Numbered from the stretch's first letter, positions 10,887 through 21,408 are shown. The stretch is 32,000 nucleotides of DNA from Candidatus Saccharimonadota bacterium (GCA_963677765.1 OY782392.1:750001-782000), one strand, 5' to 3'. Notes: generated by a model from the letters alone, not told the origin. Translations and numbers: made by a program.

Positions 10887-10957
10887 AATATAAGGGGATT
10901 AAATAAATAAGTATTTTATATTTTATCTATTTATTTTAAAAAAAAAGAAAAACTTCT

Positions 10958-11560
10958 TTACGTTTTCCTTTTTTTATTTATAAAACCAAATAAACTTATA
11001 GAAATTAATATAGTTATAAGTAATATTAAAATTTCATTTGTTCATGTTTTTGGTAATTCTTTTATTTCACTAGATACTTTTATAATAGTATCTCATTTTA
11101 TTCTTTGTTCATCGTTTTTTGTTTCTCATATTATATTTGATAGAGTTTTTTCATCTTCTATAATATATCAAAACTCTTTAATTTGTTTTAACTCTTTTTC
11201 AGTATATCACTTTGCTTTATTTTCTTTTTCTTCTACTTCTGGTGCAGAATTTAATTCTATTTCATCAGGATTTTCTACTATATTATGTTCACTTTTTTCT
11301 GTATTATCTTTTTTTCAACAATCATTATCATAATAACTTTTAGTATAATCTCAATCTGGACAGTAGTCTTTTTTTAATGTTATATTTCATCAACCTCCTC
11401 CACTTCATCAACTTCATCAAGAGTTATCAGTGTTTGTAGTTTCTTCTGCAGGTATATTATTATTTAGTATTATAAAATTATCTGAGACAATATCGTAATT
11501 AGCACTTGTTGTATTAAATATAAGTATACTAACAATAGTTATAATTTTTATTTTTTTCAT
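10958..11560 (-). CDS. LPXTG-anchored surface protein, 200 aa
   Basis: ATG 11560, TAA 10960-10958, frame checked open. It has a signal peptide (MKKIKIITIVSILIFNTTSA), a Gly/Ser linker (SGGSGGSGGGGG) and a C-terminal LPKTG, followed by a hydrophobic stretch (NEILILLITILISISLFGFI) and a basic tail (NKKRKT). Confidence 0.8.
11042..11056 (-). other. Sortase sorting motif LPKTG (tta cca aaa aca tga)
   Basis: The motif reads directly in frame, and its Gly is a TGA codon. Confidence 0.8.
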
Positions 11561-11570
11561 GTTTTATATT

Positions 11571-14333
11571 TTATTCAGCTATTAAGGTTTCAAATTTTTC
11601 TACATTGAATTCAATATCTAGTATATCAAAATCATTATTAACCAATCAATCAAATCCATAAATATAAAAACTTATATTTTTCATAATTGCTCAATATTCA
11701 CTATAATAATCTATAAGATTAGTTCAGTTAAAGTAATATCAAAAGAAGTCTATATCTTTTTTATTTCTGCATGACTCATTATTTTCTATATTTGATAAAT
11801 TATTTACTTTTTCTTTACATATGAATATTTTTTCTTCATTAATATTCTTAATATTTTCTCATTTTATATCTAAATTTATTCTATAGTTTGGTATTCAATA
11901 TCTTGATATACTATCATCGTTATTAAATACTATTATCTCTCTTTCAAATAATAATGATTCATTGTTGTTTTCAATAAACTTATGTATAACTGATAATTGA
12001 TTATTTTCAGATATTTTAGACTTTGTATTATTTTTTGATAATTCATCTATCTTTTTTATTTCTCAATTATATAAAAGTTTTTCATATAATTCTGTATTAT
12101 TATCAATATCTACAATATATATATTATTTATATTTTTTACTTCTTCTTTTGGTATCAATATAAAAATATCTTGTCCAAATTCAGGTAATATATATAGTAT
12201 TTTTTCTTTATTTTCATTATATAGTTCAATCTCATCTCTAATTTGATACATATTTTCATCTAAAGAAGGTCATTCTTCAAAATAATCAATAGATTTATTT
12301 AATTTTATTGCATTGTAATTATTGTTTATTTTAATTTCTTTTAAAATATCTTCTACTGAATTTTCTCAATCTTTTATTAATTCATTATTTTTTATAACAA
12401 AATGATAGTATTTATCTGATATTTTATTTAAAATTAGATTGTTTCAGCTTAATTCTAAATATTTTTTTAAATTTATCTCTTTTTCTAAGTTATTTTCTTT
12501 ATATATTTCTATTTTGTTTATTAGATTGTTATTATTTATATATATAGCTCAGTCAACTATTAATGATTTATTTCAATATCTATTTATTAACTCTATTTCA
12601 AAATATTTCATTAAAATGTCTTCTGAGAAAAATTCAGTTCATGTATCATTAATGGCATTTTCTTCTGCTATTGTAAATATTTCATCTAATTCTTCTTCTC
12701 AAATATTTTCTAATTGTATATATTCAGAATTATTATTTTTTATTTTTAAATTGTATTTATTATTGCTAGAATATAATACTTTATATATGTTTGAATCAAA
12801 TAATATATTTCAATTATTTAATTTTACAAAATCATAATATGAATCTTCTAAATAATATATATTATTTAATGTATAGGTTTTTTCTTTACTAAATATATCT
12901 TTATATTTTACATGCATATTTATTTCTCATAAAAACACTTCTTGATTTTCTAAGTAATTTTCTATCTCAGTATTATATTCATTTTCACATTCCCAATTTC
13001 ATATACAAGATTTGTCTCATGAATATATAAGATCTCAAGATGATGATTTTATTTCAAAATTAAGATATTCTATTTTATCTATAAAATCTTGAAATTCCCA
13101 TTTTATATCAAATCATCTATCTGTTATATTGTAAAATAACAATTCAAAACTTCAATATGCTCATATTTCTCAAGAGTGATTATAAAAAATATTATTGTTC
13201 ATTAAATAATTGTTTTCTTTAAAAACAGTGTCTATTTTTTTATTATAATATTTAGAGCAAAGATATTCTTCTTTTGATACTCATTCTAGCTCTATTTTAA
13301 ATATTCATTCTTCATTTATTTCTAAATTGAAAAAATTATTTGAATTTATATCTATAGAAAAATCATAGTTTTCAAAATTTTCTATATTTCAGTTATTATA
13401 TTTTTTTATATCAATGTTTAATTCTTTGAACTCAATTCATCAATATCAATATCATTCACTTATGTTTTCTAAGTAAAATTTATTATTAATTCTTTCATTT
13501 GATATTGCAAAATCAATATTATTTTCACAAAATGATTCATTAAATACTCTATAATTTTCTAAGTGTAAATCATATTTTCAAAACATGGCTATATCATAAC
13601 TTTCATAATATGGTTCTAATTCATCACTAATATATATAGATTTTAGTACTCAATTTTCATAGTTTGTATTAAATGCTCTTTCATAATTTGTTTGATTTAT
13701 AGCTATATTTTCTATTTCATTTTCGTCTATTAATAAATTTATTTCTTTATTTTCATCTAAAAAAATAATATTTTTATCAATCCTATTAGTTATATTTATA
13801 TCTATAATATTTGATTTAAAAAGTAATTCATAATTTGTTCTATCTTCAAAATTTATAGTTATTTTTTCAGGATAATATAAATATTCATTATTTTCATATT
13901 TATATTCTTGATATTCATAGTATCAATCTAAAATAGTTTTTTTAAATGAATTATAATAAATTTTTATATGTTTTATTCATTCTATATCTATTATTTCAAA
14001 ATTTAATTCATCTCAGTTAAAATCTTTTACACTAGTTATAGTTTTATCTGTATCTATTTTAAATTCATAATATAAGTATCTATCTAATTTTATATCATCA
14101 TAACTATATGTTTTTAAAAAATTTATAGGATTATTATAAAAATCATTTATTCTATTGTTTGAATAATACGATGTATTTTCTAATCTTAATTTTTGTTCAT
14201 CTAGTTTCTTATTTCATAAAAATACTCAATTTTCTAACTTCATGTTATCTATGTCTTCTATAATAATTGCATTAGCAATACATTGTATAAAAAAAGTTGA
14301 TATAAATATTATTAATAAAATTAATTTTTTCAT
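11571..14333 (-). CDS. Large secreted protein of unknown function, 920 aa (N/I/K/E/Y-rich)
   Basis: ATG 14333 and TAA 11573-11571. All 921 codons were checked and none is TAA or TAG. A signal-peptide-like N-terminus (MKKLILLIIFISTFFIQCIANA) is present. The gene ends 10 nt before the next gene's ATG. I recognise no domain. Confidence 0.75.
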
Positions 14334-14393
14334 ATAAGAATAAGTTATTATTTATTTTATTTACAATAATTTTATCATAAATTTTTTAAATAA

Positions 14394-14418
14394 ACAAAAA
14401 AACACCTCTAAAGGTGTT
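14394..14418 (-). terminator. Intrinsic terminator downstream of the tRNA
   Basis: aacacct (14401-14407) pairs with aggtgtt (14412-14418). On the minus strand a T-run follows (plus-strand A-run 14395-14400). Confidence 0.55.
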
Positions 14419-14432
14419 ATGTTCTGTGACAA

Positions 14433-14510
14433 TGGTGCACCCGGCAGGGATCGAACCCACGACTGACCTAGGTTCGCGGCCTAGCGCTCTTCCAACTGAG
14501 CTACGGATGC
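14433..14510 (-). tRNA. tRNA-Arg with encoded CCA; the hand-folded anticodon is GCG
   Basis: This GC-rich island in AT-rich DNA reads, on the minus strand, GCATCCGTAGCTCAGTTGGAAGAGCGCTAGGCCGCGAACCTAGGTCAGTCGTGGGTTCGATCCCTGCCGGGTGCACCA. The acceptor and D arms are nearly identical to E. coli tRNA-Arg(ACG). A20, C35 and G36 are present, and the T-loop is GTTCGATCC. Confidence 0.85.
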
Positions 14511-14626
14511 ATGTATATAATTTATATGTATATTAGTGGCTAAGTCAAAAAATATTTAAAATTAATCTTTTCTTTTTTGTTAAATAGTATATTATCTAAC
14601 AAATTATAAAAAAATTAGATTTTATT

Positions 14627-15433
14627 ATGATGAATTTTGAAAAAGGAGTAGATAATAGTATATTATCTAGGTATGATAAAGTTTATGCCAAGCTAGAACC
14701 AATAGTTACTGATACATTAGAGTTATATTCTAATGAAATACTTTTTAGATTGGATTCAAAAAATACACATATAAAAGTATTAGATGAATTAAGAGAAAAA
14801 AAAGAGACTTTTTCTCTTTTTATGAGGATGTCAAAAAGAGCATTTTTAGAGGTTGAAAAAACATGACTATCTGTTAATTTAAATATGGAAGTAGATGATA
14901 TATTGGATTCTAACTTTATAGAATATTTAACTCTTTTAACTCAGATTCATGATATAGATAACTCAAAAATAAATTTTGAGTTAGTTGAAACAGAGGATAT
15001 TCCTAATGAGTTTAAGGATATTATTATATCTAAAATTAAGCAATTAAGTGATATGTGATTTTTATTTAGTATAGATGATTTATACTCTTGATATTCAAAT
15101 AAAGAAAGAATAGATATCTTATTATCACTTTGAGTAAAAATATCTATTGTAAAAGTAGATTGAAAGTTTTTAAAAGAAATGTATTCATCATACAAAAGTT
15201 GATTTGCTATGCCAGATATAATAAAGCATGATTGAGAAAAATATTTTAAATATAGTTTGAATGATTTTGATGATTTTAGAAATTATCTAAAAACCCTTCA
15301 TTATAAATGAATAAAAGTTGTTGCAGAACGGATTGAAAATGAAGAAATTTTTGATTTTGCAAAAGAACTATGATTTGATTATTACCAATGATATTATATT
15401 CAAAATATAAATTCAAGTGTAAGGGAAATATAA
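14627..15433 (+). CDS. Stand-alone EAL-domain protein (putative c-di-GMP phosphodiesterase), 268 aa
   Basis: ATG 14627 to TAA 15431-15433. The EAL-family landmarks appear in order: EPIV...NEILFR, SVNLN, ELVETE, SIDDLYSGYSN, VKVDGKF, VVAERIENEE, ELGFDYYQGYY. Confidence 0.7.
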
Positions 15434-15435
15434 AA

Positions 15436-15465
15436 AATAACCAATTTTTATTGGTTATTTTTTTA
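15436..15465 (+). terminator. Intrinsic terminator after the EAL gene
   Basis: aataaccaat (15436-15445) pairs with attggttatt (15450-15459), followed by a T-run. Confidence 0.65.
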
Positions 15466-15510
15466 TTATTTATATAATAATTATTAGTTAAAAATAAATA
15501 AATATGAGTA

Positions 15511-17157
15511 ATGGAAAAAATTAGTTTAAAATGAAACTTGGTTAAATATAATAAAGAAACATTAAATAAAAAAATAGATGAAATAATTTCAAAAAGATTT
15601 GAAAATTGAGAATTTTTCACTAAGTCTGATTTAAAAGATTTACATGATCCATATTTGCTTGTAGATATGAAAAAAGCAGTTGATAGAATAAAATTAGCTC
15701 ATAAAAACTCTCAAAGAATAATGATATTTTGAGATTATGATGTTGATTGAGTTACTTCAACAAGTATACTTATGCATTTATTTAAAAAACTATGAATGCA
15801 AGCAAGTTATAGAATACCACATAGAATAAAGGATTGATATTGATTAAAAAAGTACTTTATAGATGAGTTAGAATCATTATGAGTTGATCTTATTGTTACT
15901 GTTGATTGTTGAACTCGTGATGTTGAAGTAGTTAAGTATGCAAAAGAGAAATGAATTGATGTTATAATAACAGACCATCATGCTGTACCAGATATTATTC
16001 CTGAAGAGGCTATTGCTGTAATAAATCCTAAAAGACCTGATTGTGAATATATTTATAAAAACTTAGCTTGAGCTTGAGTTGCTTTTAAATTGATGCAAGC
16101 CTTAGCTTATGAGTTTATGAATGAAAAAGAAGCATTTGAGTATATAAAAGAATCAGTTGATATAGCTGCAATATGAACAGTAGCTGACTGTATGAGATTA
16201 ACTGGTGAAAATAGACTTATTGTTATGGAATGATTAAAACAAATTAAAAAATCAAGAAGTTTATGAATTAGGAAACTGATTGAGGATAAGATTAATGATG
16301 ACCTTGATGCAGATTTATTTTGATTTACAATTTGACCTAGAATTAATGCTGCAGGTAGAATGGATACTGCATATAAAGCAGTTAACTTAATATTGAATAA
16401 TTCAAGCTCAATTGATAAAACTATAAGTGAAATAGAACAACTAAATGAACAAAGAAAATATTTAACTAAAGAGTTTACTAATGATGCTCTAAATAAAGTT
16501 AATAAAGAAGATAATCTTTTATTTTATATTTCTCCGGCTATAGAGCATGGTATTATATGAATAGTTGCAGGTAGAATTACTGAGCAGTTTTATAAACCTT
16601 GTATATGTCTAAAAGATGAATGAGATAAATTAGTAGCTAGTTGTAGAAGTCCAGAATATCATTCTATAATAGAAACTTTAGATTGATACAAAGATTATTT
16701 TTTAGCTTATTGATGACATAAACAAGCAGCTTGATTTTCAATAAGTAAGGATAAATTTAGTGAATTCAAAACAAAAATAATTAATGAATTAAATAAAAAA
16801 GACTTTAGTAGATATAAAAAAGAAATAAAAGTTGATAAATTAGTTAAGTTAGAAGAATTAGGTTTTAATTTTTTAAAAGAAGTTAATAAATATAAGCCTT
16901 TTTGAATTTGAAATGAAAAACCATTATTTATGGTTGAGAATTTGGATTATGATAAATTAGATTTTATATGAAAATGAAGAGATCATCTTAGGTTTACAAC
17001 AAAACATTGATATAAAATTTTTGCTTTTTATATGTGAGATTATTACGAACAAATAAAAAGAAGCTGAATAAAACCAAGTTTGATTTTTGATATAAGTGAA
17101 GACTCTTGGATGTGAAGAAAAAATCTTATGTTAAAAGTTGTTGATATAGTATTATAA
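15511..17157 (+). CDS. recJ: RecJ single-stranded-DNA-specific 5'-3' exonuclease, 548 aa
   Basis: ATG 15511 to TAA 15155+2000..17157 is stated simply as TAA 17155-17157. DHH motifs seen: IFGDYDVDGVTS, VTVDCG, IITDHH. The DHHA1 motif GGHKQAAG is also present. Confidence 0.9.
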
Positions 17158-17167
17158 ATATTTTATT

Positions 17168-17647
17168 ATGGAAATATCACAAAAAATAATTGATTATGCA
17201 ATATGGTATTATTTAAAATACTATCCTTCTAAAAGAAAGTTAAAAAGAAAATTGATAGAAAAATTTTGAATAAACTCTGAAAATGGTCAAAAATATTGAT
17301 GAATTTGAGATGAAGAAATAGATTATATATTTGATTATAAAATGTCTTCTATTATAGATGAAAAAGCAGTTATATTATCAAAAATTAGAGTTTTTAAAAA
17401 TAAATGAAAATCAAAAATTTATATTAAACAAAAGCTTTATGAAAGATTAGAACCAAAAGATTTAATAGAAGAGCTTTTAGAACAAGAATTTTTAGATTGA
17501 GAATTAGAAGTTTTAAAAAATGAATATCACAAGTTAAAAACAAAGATTAGAAATTATGTAAGTGAAAATGATTATAAACAAAAAATTATACAAAAATTAA
17601 TGATGAAGTGATTTAAATATGATGATATAAAAGAGGTAATTAAATAA
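17168..17647 (+). CDS. recX: RecX-family regulatory protein, 159 aa
   Basis: ATG 17168, 10 nt after the recJ stop, to TAA 17645-17647. It has a RecX-like start (AIWYYLKYYPSKRKLKRKLIEKFG) and end (IIQKLMMKGFKYDDIKEVIK). Confidence 0.6.
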
Positions 17648-17721
17648 TAAAAACATTATTTTAAATTGTAAAATAGCTTATTTTAGATAAAGTAAATACA
17701 ATTATTTATAACTATAAGTAT

Positions 17722-18966
17722 ATGTCTAAAACAATTATTTGTCCTAATTGTTCTACTAGTATAGACTTGGATCAAGTTGCAAATCAAAAATATAATGAAC
17801 TTTTGAAACAACAAGAACAAAAACTTAGAGAAGAACAAGCAAAACAAAAGGAGGCTTTTGAAAAAGAGTTAGAAGAAAAAACTTCTGAAATGAGAAAAAA
17901 AGCTCAAGAATATGCTGAAAAAAAAGCATCTGAAGCAAAAAAAGAAATGGAATTAGAATTAAAAGATGTTCAAGATCAATTACAAAAAGCTCAAAAAGAT
18001 AGAGAAGAGGCAAGAAAAAAAGAATTAGATTTTTTAAAAAAGCAAAGAGAGTTAGAAGATAAAGAAAAAAACTTTGAGCTTGAAATGGAAAAAAAGCTTT
18101 TTGAAGAGAGAAAAAATATAGAAAAAGCTTTAGAGGAAAAAATGAAAGAGTCTTCTAAAAAAGAAATGGAAGAAAAACTAGAAAAAATGTCTGAGGACTT
18201 TAGAAAAAAAGAGCTTGAAAATTACAAGCAACAAGAGCAAATGAGAAAAACGATAGATGATTTAAAAAGAAAGGCTGAACAATGAAGTCAACAAATTCAA
18301 TGAGATATAAGTGAAGATGATTTAAAAAATAGTCTATCTATTTCTTTTCCATATGATGATATAGAGGATGTTCCTACTTGAGTAAAATGAGCTGATTTAA
18401 TACAAACTATAAGAGATAATCTATGACAAAATGCTTGAATAATAGTTTGGGAATCAAAAAATACAAAATCATGGCAAGATGCTTGGATTATGAAACTAAA
18501 AGATGATAAGCTAAAAATAAATTGAAATATTGCAGTTTTAGTTACTAGTGTTTTACCAAAATGAATTAAGCACTTTTGACTTATTGATGATGTTATGGTT
18601 TGTACTCCTGATTTTGCTATACATGTATGATGAATGTTGAGAGATAAGTTATTATCTATATCAAAAGTTGAAAAATCTTTGGAATGAAAAGATGCAAAAA
18701 TGGAAATGTTATATAAATATTTATCAAGTGAAGAATTTTCTAGTAAAATGAATATGATGATAGATGTTTTTGTAAATTTAAAAGCATGAATTGATTCAGA
18801 AAGAAGAGCTATGGAAAAGAACTGGAAAAAAAGAGAAAAAGACTTAGAAAGAGCTACTTTTGCTGTTAGTTGAATGTATTGAGAACTTGAAAGTCTTATG
18901 TGACAAAGCTTGCCATGATCAAAAATGATGGAGCTTGAGTGACCTGATGAAGATGATTTAGATTAA
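17722..18966 (+). CDS. DUF2130-family protein (CxxC, a long K/E coiled coil and a conserved C-terminal domain), 414 aa
   Basis: ATG 17722 to TAA 18964-18966. It starts MSKTIICPNCSTSIDLD, followed by about 170 aa of coiled coil. The C-terminal part reads GSQQIQGDISEDDL...FPYDDIEDVPTGVKGADLIQ...GIIVWESKNTKSWQDAWIMKLKDD. Confidence 0.7.
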
Positions 18967-18978
18967 TAAAATTAAATA

Positions 18979-19392
18979 ATGTCTGATAAAATATCTATGG
19001 ACTTTGATGGTAGAATACCAAAGTTTAGAAGAAAAATATTGCAAAATATAATAATAGATAGAAAGAGTAAGTATAGCGTTGTAGGATGATTCATAAACTC
19101 TAAGGAAAGCTTAGAATTGTTTATGAAGGAATTACTATCTGATAAATATTTTATAAAATCAACACACAATAGTTATGCATATAGAATAAAACTAGATAAC
19201 TGATCTATTTTGGAATGAAAAAATGATGATTGAGAAACTTGAGCATGAATGTGTATTTTGAGAGAGTTACAAAGAGAGAATATGGTAAATACTATAGTTG
19301 TAGTGACAAGATATTTTTGATGAATTCATTTACAATCAGATAGATTCAAAAATGTTATAGAGTGAACAAAATTAATATTAAAAGAAATTTAA
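18979..19392 (+). CDS. yigZ: IMPACT/YigZ-family (UPF0029) protein, 137 aa
   Basis: ATG 18979 to TAA 19390-19392. Matching segments: IIDRKSKYSVVG, KSTHNSYAYRI, NDDGETGAG, VVVTRYFGGIHLQSDRF. Confidence 0.75.
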
Positions 19393-19395
19393 TTT

Positions 19396-20052
19396 ATGAA
19401 AATAATAAAAAGTCTTTGAAAAAAAATAACTTTAAAAATTGATGAAACAGGAGAGTTAATCGTAAAATCTCCAGTTTTTGCTAGTAAAAAAACTATTCAA
19501 GAATTTATAGAAAAAAATAAAGATTGGATTAGTGAAAAAAAACAAGAAGCAATAGAAAAAATAAAAGAATTTAGAGAATGAGAAAAGTTTTATTTTTTCT
19601 GACAAGAGTACGAGTTAGTTTTTGATGATAAAAGTGAGGATATATATTATGATTGATTAAAGCTTTATTTACACAAAAGACATAAAATAGTTGTAAAAGA
19701 AAAATTAGTAGATTTTTATAAAAAAGAGGCTAGAAAATATATAGTACCTAGATTAAAAGAAATAGCTGAAAAAAATAATCTTAAATATAATATTGTAAAA
19801 ATAACTAGTGCTAAAACTAGATGGTGAAGTTGTACTAATAAAAAGAACTTAAACTTTACTTATAGATTGGTTATGGCTCCAACTAGATCAATTGATTATG
19901 TCTTAATACATGAATTAGCTCATTTAAAATATATGGATCACTCTGCTAAATTTTGGGATTATGTACAAGAATTAAGTAGTTCTATGTATCCTTGAAGTTA
20001 TAAAATAAATGAGCAGTGGTTAAAGCAAAATGGCTCTAAAATTATGTACTAG
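19396..20052 (+). CDS. YgjP-like (DUF45/SprT-like) zinc metallohydrolase, 218 aa
   Basis: ATG 19396, 3 nt after the yigZ stop, to TAG 20050-20052, the only TAG stop in the window. Motifs seen: TRWGSC and DYVLIHELAHLKYMDHSAKFW. Confidence 0.75.
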
Positions 20053-20138
20053 CTTTTTAACAATGTTTAAACATTTTTATTAGTTTTTAACAAAAATGTT
20101 TAAAAAATGTGAACATTATATTTATTAAAAAATATTAA

Positions 20139-20771
20139 ATGGAAATCAACAAGTCTTTAATAGAAGATTTTAATAATAAAACATCTAAAATTTTAGCTGT
20201 TACTAAATATTTTAATATTGATGAAACAAATAATATAGCTTCTATTTTATCAACTGAGTATTCAGATTATATAGTTTGATTATGAGAAAATAGAGTTAAT
20301 TCATTAAAAGAAAAAGGTTTAGATAGGGAATCAACACATTTTATATGAAATATACAAACTAAAGAAATAAAACATATAATAAAACATTGTATGTATATTC
20401 ATAGTGTAGATGATATAAAACAATTATACAAAATGGAAGATATTTGCTCTAAATCATGAAATTGGGTTCAAATATTTTTACAAATAAATCTTGATGAATC
20501 AAAACCAGGTTGAATTAAAAAAGAAGATATACCTAAATATTTAGATATAATAGGTGAGTTAGAAAATGTAAGTTTAATTTGATTTTCTGCTATTTGAAAA
20601 AGTGAATTTAATTATGAAGAAAAACAAAATGAATTTTTATTATTAAAAGAACTTAGAAATAAATATTTACAAAATGGTCTCATATCAGCTTGAACATCAG
20701 TTGATTATAAAATAGCTTTAGAAAATGAAATTGATATTATAAGAATATGAACTAAATTATTTAATTTATAA
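20139..20771 (+). CDS. yggS: YggS-family pyridoxal-phosphate-binding protein, 210 aa
   Basis: ATG 20139 to TAA 20769-20771. Motifs seen: ILAVTKY (PLP lysine), GENRVNS, HFIGNIQTKEIK, IHSVD, LIGFSAIG, ISAGTSVDY, IIRIGTKLF. Confidence 0.8.
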
Positions 20772-20775
20772 TTTT

Positions 20776-21408
20776 ATGAAAAAACAAATATTATTTATAT
20801 GATGATGAGAAGCATTAGAAAACTTATATGATAAAAAATTTATTGAAAATAAAATGAAATTTTATTCTGAAGAATTTAATTTTGATCCATTTCAAGAAAG
20901 AAAGTATAACTGGAAAGATAATTTAGCTTTGGAAATAGAAAATGACTTTGATTTTATAAAAATGTATAGACCTTTATCAGATAGTGCTATTTATGATTTA
21001 TGGAAATTATCATTTGAAAAAACTATTAATTATTTAAATGACGACTTTATTTTGATATGACATAGTCTTTGAGCTATTTTTATATTAAAGTATTTATCTG
21101 AAAATAAATTTAATTATAATAAAATTAAAAACATATATTTAATATCTACACCATTTAAAGATAGTGATGATGAAAAACTTGGAACTTTTTCAATTGATGA
21201 CTCATTGTTTAAAAATATTGAACATATAGAAAATAAATTAATTTTCTTTCATAGTAGAGATGATAATATTGTATCTATAGAGGATTTTTATGAATATAAA
21301 AATTATTTTTCTAATTCTAGTTTTTATGAGTTTGATAATTATGGTCATTTTATTTTTAATGAACATTTTATAGAATTATTAGATTTATTAAAAAAAGAAA
21401 ACATATAA
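20776..21408 (+). CDS. Alpha/beta serine hydrolase (YdeN/RBBP9-like), 210 aa
   Basis: ATG 20776, 4 nt after the yggS stop, to TAA 21406-21408. The nucleophile elbow is LIGHSLGA, the acid is FFHSRDDNIVS and the His is NYGHF. Confidence 0.65.

Noticed and set aside
10941-10970. Hairpin (aaaac / gtttt) after the LPXTG gene as a terminator splitting the surface-protein operon
   Set aside because: The stem is only about 5 bp and weak. I do not consider it sufficient to argue against co-transcription, although an internal attenuator cannot be excluded.
12439-12837. 132-aa plus-strand ORF from the supplied track (likewise 10364-10746, 9021-9215 and 4335-4616 on the plus strand)
   Set aside because: These are antisense to verified long minus-strand ORFs (the 920-aa gene, the Cys-rich gene and murG). 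Their F/L/I/S-rich composition is typical of the reverse complement of A-rich coding sequence.
14947-15620. Minus-strand track ORFs 14947-15195 and 15276-15620
   Set aside because: They overlap the EAL gene and the recJ start on the opposite strand, where motif-bearing frames exist. They contain no recognisable motifs.
17825-18013. 62-aa minus-strand ORF inside the DUF2130 gene
   Set aside because: It is the antisense of the K/E-rich coiled-coil region. Low-complexity sequence gives an open antisense frame by chance.
17800-18280. K/E-rich stretch of the DUF2130 gene as a tandem DNA repeat or microsatellite
   Set aside because: I could find no fixed period or exact repeat unit. It reads as heptad-like coiled-coil coding sequence (aaa/gaa-rich).
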